From Aureibacter tunicatorum (GTDB lineage: Bacteria > Bacteroidota > Bacteroidia > Cytophagales > Cyclobacteriaceae): a stretch of DNA of 64,000 bases. The stretch covers positions 3,798,000 to 3,861,999 of the forward strand of contig NZ_AP025305.1 in NCBI RefSeq assembly GCF_036492635.1. Reading direction: 5' to 3'. The number at the start of each line of letters is the position of its first letter. Within the stretch, counting starts at the first letter, position 1. The translations under genes and the position numbers were made by a program. Below, piece after piece: positions 56,628-64,000 of the stretch. Under the pieces are notes generated by a model, which saw nothing but the letters and a program-made list of their open reading frames with translations, searched no databases and was not told the DNA's origin.

Positions 56628-57491
56628 TCATAATAATGAAGCCCTTTTCATAGCCAAACTTTCTTTATAAGTCAACCATCTATATCCAAATAATTTTCTT
56701 GCAAAGTTATCAGCTTGACGTAGCACAAAAAGATTATACAAGCCCTCCAAACGGGTAAGCCAAGAACTGGACATTGACCTCTGACTCAAAGCGAAGCCCC
56801 CCTCTTGATACTTCATCATGTGCCACCAACCAGAAGGAATAAACAGTGTATCGCCTGGCTCTAAATCGTAAGTCAATCCTCTCACTCCTTTCAGCGCAGG
56901 ATAATTTTCAAAATCGGGATTTTCCAGATCGATTTCTTCCAAATTATGGACGCCAAAAGGAACATGATACAAATTTCTTGAATACTCCGGATCAAACAAC
57001 AAGACTTTTTTTCTCCCTTGAAACTGCGTGTGAAAAACATGCGACATGTCAATGTCAAAATGAAGAAATACATTGGAGCCTCCTCCGCCAAAAAACATCA
57101 TCGGGTAATTTTCCAAAAAACCATCCGAAATATCCGGCACGCTAAAGTCTTGACACAACTCAGGCACGTGACTCAAAATATTGAATAAAAAAATTCTTAA
57201 ATCTGTAGGTTGATTTTGAATAAGATCCAAATAATCATTGAATGGCATTTTCGCCACTGGATCATTCACTTTCTTTGTCGGACTTACTTTGGAATTATCA
57301 TATAGTGGAACAATTCTATTGCCTACTTTTGACTTTATATAGTCAAAAGTCCACTTCTCCCGAGCAGGCCACTTTTCACTTAAGCCTTTTACAACCAAAG
57401 GCTTGCTTGCTCTTAAATATTCTGACTGAAAATCCTCACGACTAATATTGTCAACCGCATCAATAGACTTGTAATGTATAGACATAAGCAA
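56628..57491 (-). CDS. JmjC/cupin-like domain protein (putative 2-oxoglutarate-dependent hydroxylase)
   Basis: 'FGGGGSNVFLHFDIDMSHVFHTQFQGRKKVLLFDP' H-x-D...H cupin core. Confidence 0.55.
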   Translation of the reverse strand: MLMSIHYKSIDAVDNISREDFQSEYLRASKPLVVKGLSEKWPAREKWTFDYIKSKVGNRIVPLYDNSKVSPTKKVNDPVAKMPFNDYLDLIQNQPTDLRIFLFNILSHVPELCQDFSVPDISDGFLENYPMMFFGGGGSNVFLHFDIDMSHVFHTQFQGRKKVLLFDPEYSRNLYHVPFGVHNLEEIDLENPDFENYPALKGVRGLTYDLEPGDTLFIPSGWWHMMKYQEGGFALSQRSMSSSWLTRLEGLYNLFVLRQADNFARKLFGYRWLTYKESLAMKRASLL

Positions 57492-57578
57492 TCAAATTAG
57501 AATTCAACTTTAGCCATTATTATAAATAGCTAAAATCTAGAACTAATTTGATTGCAAATTGTGTTATATTTCTATAAT

Positions 57579-58943
57579 TTAAATTGACTTGCTAAATAAA
57601 TTTCCTCGTTCTCTTTGGCTATCCTTCAATCTTTGATCGAAAACCATGCATACATTTCGAATAAATGTCATTCCCATTTCAGTCATGCTGACTTTATCAT
57701 CATGAATAGCTAAAACTTCCTCCGCCTGAAAATCTTTCAACTTATTCCAATCATCATCCGTGAGCGTTGATTTGATTTCATTCGTCAACACAAGCTCTTC
57801 CTTGCATATCAAATCCAAAATAGCCTGCTTCAACAATAAGTCAGAATCATTTAACAAGTGTCCCTTTGTCAATGCATGACTGTCTGCCTCTATTGCTTTT
57901 TGATAATCCTCCACTTTCTTGATATTCTGAGCGTAAGCGATTTTAGCATCGCTAATGGATGAACATCCCAAACCTACCAACAACTCAGTGTTATTTGTTG
58001 TGTAGCCCATGAAGTTACGGTGAATCGTTCTATCTTTATGAGCTTGCAACAACTTATCTCCATCCAAAGCAAAATGATCCATGCCGATTTCTTCATACCC
58101 TAGTTCCAACAGCATGCTTTTGCCTCTTTCATAAAGCGCTCTCTTATAATCATCACTAGGCAAATCAGCTTCAGTGTAAGCTCTCTGTCCAGGGCTCACC
58201 CAAGGCACATGCGCATAGCTATAGAAAGCGATCCTGTCCGGCATCAATTCCGACACTTTGCGTATCGTATTTTCAATCACTTCAATGCTTTGGAAAGGCA
58301 ATCCATAAACCAAATCAAAATTAACAGATGTAAACCCTAAGCTTCTCGCATCCTCTGTCGCTCTTTTGACATTTTCATAAGGCTGAATCCTGTTAATAGT
58401 CTGCTGAACTTTGAGATCAAAATCCTGAACGCCATAACTTACTCTCGTGAACCCAAGCTCTTTAAAAGCTTTCAAATGCTCATACGTCGTATTGTTCGGG
58501 TGGCCTTCGAAACTAAAATCAAAGCCTTCCATATAATTGGATGTTGACTGGATATATCCAAACAACTTCATATAATTCTCAGGCGAAAAGAACGTAGGCG
58601 TTCCCCCTCCGATATGCACTTCTTTAATATTCGGCTTGGAGCCAAACACTTTCAAATACGTATCCCACTCCTTCATCAAAGCCTCAATATACGGCTCTTC
58701 CACTCGATGGTTAACCGTAATTCTTTTGTTGCAACCGCAATATGTACACAGTTTCTCGCAAAATGGCATATGCAGATACAAACTTACCCCTTCAGTATCA
58801 TTTGAAATATCAAATGTCTTCTTAACGGCCTCAAACCAATCATTTGAAGCAATTTGCTCTTGCTGCCAAAAAGGCACTGTAGGATAACTTGTATATCTGG
58901 GAGCTGGAATGTTATATTTTTTGATAAGCTTATTCGTATCCAT
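57579..58943 (-). CDS. hemN: Oxygen-independent coproporphyrinogen-III oxidase (radical SAM, HemN)
   Basis: 'YLHMPFCEKLCTYCGCNK' CxxxCxxC and N-terminal 'YNIPAPRYTSYPTVPFW'. Confidence 0.85.
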   Translation of the reverse strand: MDTNKLIKKYNIPAPRYTSYPTVPFWQQEQIASNDWFEAVKKTFDISNDTEGVSLYLHMPFCEKLCTYCGCNKRITVNHRVEEPYIEALMKEWDTYLKVFGSKPNIKEVHIGGGTPTFFSPENYMKLFGYIQSTSNYMEGFDFSFEGHPNNTTYEHLKAFKELGFTRVSYGVQDFDLKVQQTINRIQPYENVKRATEDARSLGFTSVNFDLVYGLPFQSIEVIENTIRKVSELMPDRIAFYSYAHVPWVSPGQRAYTEADLPSDDYKRALYERGKSMLLELGYEEIGMDHFALDGDKLLQAHKDRTIHRNFMGYTTNNTELLVGLGCSSISDAKIAYAQNIKKVEDYQKAIEADSHALTKGHLLNDSDLLLKQAILDLICKEELVLTNEIKSTLTDDDWNKLKDFQAEEVLAIHDDKVSMTEMGMTFIRNVCMVFDQRLKDSQRERGNLFSKSI

Positions 58944-59093
58944 CTATTTTTTCTGTTTAACTAGAAACGCATAAATTTGCGTCTTGATATTTCATTTGGC
59001 AGAGTACTTCGCAAATTTCTCGAAAAGAAATCAAAATTGCTACTTAGCCGTACATTAAGTGAATCCACTTGGACACATAGCAACTCTTGAACC

Positions 59094-60086
59094 ATGGAAA
59101 CAAAAAAAATCATAAATGAATTCAAATATCTTGTATCTAATATCAAAAACCACGATTTTGATAAAGTAGCGCTTGAGCTATTTCGATTTCAAGCAAAACA
59201 CAATCCTGTCTACAGCGAATATCTTCAATTCCTAAAGACCAATCCTGAAGATGTTAAAAGCATTTATGAAATACCATTTCTTCCTATTTCATTTTTCAAA
59301 ACGCATCAAGTCAAAACAGGTGAATGGCCAACTCAAAAAATCTTCGAAAGCAGTGGCACAACCGGAACCACAACAAGCAAGCATTACGTAGAAGACATTG
59401 AATTTTACCATAAAATTGCCACGCAAATATTCACCGACTTTTACAGCGCTCCAAACGACTATATCATATTAGCCTTGTTGCCTTCCTATTTAGAAAGAGA
59501 CAACTCGTCTTTAGTATCCATGGCTAAGCATTTCATTGATTTAACCCAAGATCATCGCTCCGGGTTTTATTTAAATGAATTCGAATCTTTGAAAGAAGCC
59601 TGCGTAAGCGCCGAGTCAACCAATAAAAATGTTCTGCTCATGGGAGTTACATTCGGGCTACTGGATTTTGCCGAGCTTCATACTTTTTCCAGCTCCAACA
59701 TAACCATTATGGAAACGGGAGGCATGAAGGGGCGTAGAAAAGAAATGATCAGAGCCGAAGTCCATGAGGAGCTTGGCAATTCATTTGGCCAGACAAAAAT
59801 CCATTCAGAATACGGCATGACGGAATTGCTCTCACAAGCTTATTCTCATGGAGATGGTATATTTGAAATGCCTAGCACTATGCGTATATTATTAAGGGAT
59901 GTGAACGACCCCTTCTCTGTAAGCAAAAGAACAAGCGGAGGCATCAATGTTATCGATCTGGCAAACATTCATTCTTGCAGCTTTATAGAAACTCAGGATC
60001 TTGGCAAATTGCATGATAATAAATTCGAGGTTTTGGGACGCTTCGACAACAGCGATATTCGAGGATGCAACTTAATGACAATTTGA
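59094..60086 (+). CDS. LuxE-family acyl-protein synthetase / adenylate-forming enzyme homologue
   Basis: 330 aa. 'FESSGTTGTTTSKHY' AMP-binding-like Ser/Thr/Gly-rich motif and 'HSEYGMTELLSQAY'. Family call from memory. Confidence 0.45.
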   Translation: METKKIINEFKYLVSNIKNHDFDKVALELFRFQAKHNPVYSEYLQFLKTNPEDVKSIYEIPFLPISFFKTHQVKTGEWPTQKIFESSGTTGTTTSKHYVEDIEFYHKIATQIFTDFYSAPNDYIILALLPSYLERDNSSLVSMAKHFIDLTQDHRSGFYLNEFESLKEACVSAESTNKNVLLMGVTFGLLDFAELHTFSSSNITIMETGGMKGRRKEMIRAEVHEELGNSFGQTKIHSEYGMTELLSQAYSHGDGIFEMPSTMRILLRDVNDPFSVSKRTSGGINVIDLANIHSCSFIETQDLGKLHDNKFEVLGRFDNSDIRGCNLMTI

Positions 60087-60313
60087 TTTTTTCAATAAAT
60101 TTTCTTTTTTCATGATTTTTATTTATTTTAAAGAAATAATTTGGCACAAGATGGTTGCATAATATTCCAACTTGAATTTTCATTTTCTTTCATTAAGTTT
60201 ATTTCAAGTTTAAAAGGTGTTGTGTAAATGGCTCGCAGAGCTACGAACAAATTGAGGTTAATTTAATTATAGGAAATAGTGTATGTATAAATGTAAAACT
60301 AAATAAATTGAAA

Positions 60314-60460
60314 ATGAAAAAGGTATTGATACTAGCGGTGTTTTTCGGGTTTGGTATGGCGTCATGCGCACAGTACACTTGCCCAACTTATACTAAAAAA
60401 GACGTGAAGCAAGAAAAAGAACTTAAAGTAAAAAATAACGATAAAGAGGCTCTAGTATAG
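60314..60460 (+). CDS. Small (48-aa) putative lipoprotein, not in the ORF track (<60 aa)
   Basis: 'MKKVLILAVFFGFGMASCAQ' signal plus lipobox. Stop codon embedded in the terminator hairpin. Confidence 0.35.
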   Translation: MKKVLILAVFFGFGMASCAQYTCPTYTKKDVKQEKELKVKNNDKEALV

Positions 60461-60472
60461 AGCCTTTTTTTA
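60445..60472. terminator. Bidirectional rho-independent terminator (aggctct-agtat-agagcct plus TTTTTTT)
   Basis: Lies between the small ORF (+) and the histidine kinase stop (-). Confidence 0.7.
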
Positions 60473-60476
60473 TTCC

Positions 60477-62636
60477 CTATTTTTCTGCACTTTCCAAAGA
60501 ACTTGTCAAACGGCTTGGCGAATTACTTTCTTCCCTACTATATGGCAAACATATGGCAAACGCACTGCCTTTGGAGACTTTGCTTTCCACCTTGATTTCA
60601 CCTTCCAGTCTTTCCACAGCTTTTTTCACTATAAACAAACCGATACCGCTACCTGTGGAGCTTTGATTACCTCTGTAGTACATATTAAAAATTTTCTTTT
60701 GACAATTATCGATAATCCCTACGCCATTGTCGGCAACACGTATGCATAGCTTATCATCATTCTGATCGATTGAAATAACAATCTTGCCATTAGACGGCTT
60801 GGAGAATTTGATAGCATTATCCAAAAGATTGTGAAGAATCGTAAAAAACATCTCTCGATAACACACAAAAGGCTCTTCAACATCGACATTGTAATCAACT
60901 ACAATACCCTTGCTTTCCAAGCTTTCGCTGAACGTAAGTATCAATGCCTGAATTCCTCCCTCAAAATCTATTTCTTCCAAGTCTTGATTTTTCATATCAA
61001 GTTGACTGATCATCTGAAGCTTATGCAGCATTTCATCCATATGCTCCACAGTCACATTCACTTTTTCAAACAACTGAAGCAAGGAATCGCTGTCTTTATC
61101 CAATTGGGCTACTTGCGACAATCCCATCAAAGTCGTCAAAGGTCGTCTAAAATCATGAGAGGTTCTATATAAAAAAGTGTCCATCTCATCATTGCTTTTC
61201 TGCAACTGAGCTGTCCTATGATCCACCAAGGCTTCCAAGTTTTGATTCACCATTTCTACATGTTGATACGCAACCTTCAACTCTTCCGCCTGCAATCTCA
61301 TCTCCTCTTTTTGCGAAGTGATTTCTTGATTCAAAACACTCAGCTTCTTATTCGTTACATCCTTGGCTTTATTGTACTTGAATAAAAGGTAAATCAAGCC
61401 CAACATTAAAAACAAAAATGAGCTTATCCCAAGTATTATAATAAACTGGGTTTGAAGCACATCATCTTTTCTCGCAATTACCTGAGCATTTTGAACATCT
61501 TCATAATTGCTCTCTATCAACTTCAACTCTTGAAGCAAATAATTATTATTCATGGAGATCCGCTTCTCCTTCGCAAGTTTATAATAACTTAAAGCCTTGT
61601 AATAGTCTCCCTTTTCCTCATAAAGTTGAGAAAGTTGCAAAATCGTTTCATTCATTTGCGACAAACTCGGGATTGCTCTGGCAAGCTTCAACGCATTCTG
61701 ATATGTCTTTTCAGCCGTTTCATACTTTTTCAATGCTTTATATATATTGGCTTGTTGCGTTGTAATATCGGCAATCATCTTTTTGTTATCTGCCCGCTTC
61801 CCCGCTTTCAATGCCATATTATAATAGCCCAAGGATTTTTTCCAATCGCCTCTTGCAATGCTCACATCCTTCACAATACTCATCTTCGCCAACCCTTCGT
61901 AGCTATCCACCATTCCCAATTTGTTATTGCTGGTTTGATTTCTTTCGATAGCCTGTTCGTAATAGTCCTTGGCAAGTTTCTGATTTTTGTAAGGATTGGA
62001 TGGGTTGGAGTACATTTTTGCCAATAAATTATAAGCGGTAGCTTGAAAAAAGAAATTCTTCGACCTATAACCGTAATCCAACAATTTTTGAAAACTTTCT
62101 TTTGCTTTAATGAACCTATTTTGCTCTAGCTGAATCTCTCCTATTCCAGCCAATGTATAATGATCTCCTTCCTTGTCTCCAATTTCTCTATACAACGACT
62201 GGCTTTTGAGAAAATAATTCATCGCATCGGAATAATGCTCGAATTCCAAGTGAATCGCCCCAAGCGTCTGATAGTTTCTAGCCTTCAAGCTAGTATTGTT
62301 TTTATCCAAAGCATTGATAAAGGATTTCCTGAGATATACTAAAGCATTGTCATGCTTTCCCAACACTCTATTAACCTCGCCTATTCTCCAGTAAGTCTCA
62401 TGCATAAGACTATCCATATCATTTATTTTGCATATTCTTAATGCTTTAAATAAATAATCCTCTGAATGCTCTGAATTTCGATAAAGATATTGATGAGAAG
62501 AGTAAAACAAATCCTCAACCTCCCTTTCCAATCTTACCATAGAGGAAGGCTTCTCTGTCTCCGCATACGCACAATATGGTATGCATATAAAGCAAAATAG
62601 TAGAGATAGAAGGAGCGACTTGTAATTCATACTCAA
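60477..62636 (-). CDS. Sensor histidine kinase with periplasmic/extracytoplasmic TPR repeats
   Basis: Signal peptide and multiple TPR-like 34-aa repeats. TM. HisKA 'LYRTSHDFRRPLTTL'. HATPase 'DNGVGI...GSGIGLFI'. Confidence 0.75.
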   Translation of the reverse strand: MSMNYKSLLLSLLFCFICIPYCAYAETEKPSSMVRLEREVEDLFYSSHQYLYRNSEHSEDYLFKALRICKINDMDSLMHETYWRIGEVNRVLGKHDNALVYLRKSFINALDKNNTSLKARNYQTLGAIHLEFEHYSDAMNYFLKSQSLYREIGDKEGDHYTLAGIGEIQLEQNRFIKAKESFQKLLDYGYRSKNFFFQATAYNLLAKMYSNPSNPYKNQKLAKDYYEQAIERNQTSNNKLGMVDSYEGLAKMSIVKDVSIARGDWKKSLGYYNMALKAGKRADNKKMIADITTQQANIYKALKKYETAEKTYQNALKLARAIPSLSQMNETILQLSQLYEEKGDYYKALSYYKLAKEKRISMNNNYLLQELKLIESNYEDVQNAQVIARKDDVLQTQFIIILGISSFLFLMLGLIYLLFKYNKAKDVTNKKLSVLNQEITSQKEEMRLQAEELKVAYQHVEMVNQNLEALVDHRTAQLQKSNDEMDTFLYRTSHDFRRPLTTLMGLSQVAQLDKDSDSLLQLFEKVNVTVEHMDEMLHKLQMISQLDMKNQDLEEIDFEGGIQALILTFSESLESKGIVVDYNVDVEEPFVCYREMFFTILHNLLDNAIKFSKPSNGKIVISIDQNDDKLCIRVADNGVGIIDNCQKKIFNMYYRGNQSSTGSGIGLFIVKKAVERLEGEIKVESKVSKGSAFAICLPYSREESNSPSRLTSSLESAEK

Positions 62637-62925
62637 ATATATAAAAAATAATTGTTTTAATTATAAACACATATTAATTTTTGACTTTAAAGTATAACAA
62701 AACATAGCCCAATTTGTTTGAATGCAAAATCAAACAATTCTTTCATTATTGAGGCATAATTAATTAATTTTGCGAATTGATTTAAAAGGCAAGAATCACA
62801 ACGCAACATTCGTTTAACTCTCTGGAAATTAACCTATAAGCGACAAGCGTTACAAACTTCCTTTAGTCGAGTTAAGACTTACTCAAAGAAAAAACGGTAC
62901 AATTCCATAAAACAAGATTGATTAC

Positions 62926-64000
62926 ATGTCATTCGAGCAAGAAATAAACAAAAGAAGAACTTTCGGCATCATTAGCCACCCCGATGCGGGAAAAACAACG
63001 CTAACAGAAAAGCTCCTGCTATTTGGAGGCGCAATCAAAACCGCTGGCGCTGTCAAGTCAAATAAAATCAAGGATCACGCCAAGTCCGATTTCATGGAAA
63101 TCGAAAAGCAAAGAGGTATATCCGTAGCGACTTCCGTCATGGGATTTGAATACAAGGATGTCAAAATCAACTTGCTCGACACGCCAGGACACAAAGATTT
63201 TGCGGAAGACACATACCGTACTTTAACCGCTGTTGACAGTGTGGTAATGGTTATTGACTGTGTAAAAGGTGTTGAGGAACAAACTCAAAAACTTATGGAA
63301 GTGTGCCGTATGCGTAACACTCCTGTAATTTGCTTTATCAACAAGCTTGACCGCGAAGGACAAGACCCTTACGACCTGCTGGATGAAGTAGAAAGCAAAC
63401 TAAACATCAAAGTTCGCCCTTTAAGCTGGCCTATAAATATGGGAAAAAGCTTCAAAGGAGTTTACAGCTTGTATGACAAGGATTTGATTCTGTTTCAAGC
63501 TAGTCGACGAGAACTGAACAACGATACCCTAAAAGTTGAAGATATCAATGATCCTGAATTGGAAAACATTATTGGAGAAAATGACGCGGACCAACTAAGA
63601 GAAGATGTTGATTTGATCGAATCCGTTTACTCCGACTTTAATGTTCAAGATTATCTTGACGGTAAGGTCGCTCCTGTTTTCTTTGGCAGTGCTGTGAACA
63701 ATTTCGGAGTTAGAGAGCTGTTGGATACTTTCATCAGAATTGCGCCGAATCCAAAGCCAAGAGAAACCGATTTAAGAGAAGTTTCTCCTTTTGAAAGCAA
63801 ATTCACAGGTTTCGTTTTCAAAATTCACGCAAACATGGACCCCAAGCATAGAAACCGTATCGCCTTCTTGAGAATTTGCTCTGGGAAGTTTGAGCGTACA
63901 AAAGCTTACACCCATGTTAGACAAGACAAGAAATTCAAATTCTCCAACGCGACAGCTTTCATGGCTCAACAAAAAGAAACCATTGACGAAGCTTTCCCTG
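62926..64000 (+). CDS. prfC: Peptide chain release factor 3 (3' partial)
   Basis: '[28 protein letters not shown]', 'DTPGHKDF', 'NKLDREG' GTPase motifs. Runs off the window end. Confidence 0.9.
   Translation, partial: MSFEQEINKRRTFGIISHPDAGKTTLTEKLLLFGGAIKTAGAVKSNKIKDHAKSDFMEIEKQRGISVATSVMGFEYKDVKINLLDTPGHKDFAEDTYRTLTAVDSVVMVIDCVKGVEEQTQKLMEVCRMRNTPVICFINKLDREGQDPYDLLDEVESKLNIKVRPLSWPINMGKSFKGVYSLYDKDLILFQASRRELNNDTLKVEDINDPELENIIGENDADQLREDVDLIESVYSDFNVQDYLDGKVAPVFFGSAVNNFGVRELLDTFIRIAPNPKPRETDLREVSPFESKFTGFVFKIHANMDPKHRNRIAFLRICSGKFERTKAYTHVRQDKKFKFSNATAFMAQQKETIDEAFP

Overview
This window looks like a low-GC Bacteroidetes-type chromosomal segment. It includes a SusC/SusD pair, lipoproteins, and what look like Bacteroidetes -7-type promoter boxes upstream of the SRP RNA copies. 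Housekeeping genes flank both ends: chrA (partial), rlmN, kdsD-kdsB-kdsA, then topB, hemN and prfC (partial). Four features stand out.

- **Ter-like cluster (11.4-21.4 kb, minus strand).** It lacks TerA/B/C/Z. It has five tandem TerD-domain genes, two TerY-like vWA genes, a PP2C phosphatase translationally coupled to a Ser/Thr kinase, a Na+/Ca2+-exchanger-family transporter and a PspA/IM30 homologue. An 800-bp AT-rich leader lies upstream.
- **tRNA-like RNA locus (31.03-31.21 kb, plus strand).** It has two perfect T-arms, two D-arms and acceptor-like hairpins arranged in permuted order. It cannot be folded as ordinary tRNAs and resembles a tRNA-mimic (Y-RNA/YrlA-like) RNA or permuted tRNA halves. 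A roughly 45-bp palindrome-containing motif upstream of it recurs 4.3 kb away, directly upstream of the RNA ligase gene rtcB.
- **tRNA array (52.8-54.0 kb, minus strand).** Eleven tRNA genes as near-identical tandem copies of a tRNA-Gly(UCC)/tRNA-Tyr(GUA) unit.
- **Duplicated SRP RNA (ffs).** Two diverged copies with compensatory stem changes flank a sanA-like gene.

Other notable items:
- An HTH-WYL regulator fused to a PhyH-like dioxygenase domain.
- Two genes interrupted by single in-frame stop codons.
- A barstar-like immunity gene next to a decayed partner.
- A lipoprotein peptide-deformylase homologue.
- Several short repeat families in intergenic regions.

Every call rests on reading the sequence and the ORF translations by eye against remembered family motifs. 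No database search or RNA-folding program was run.
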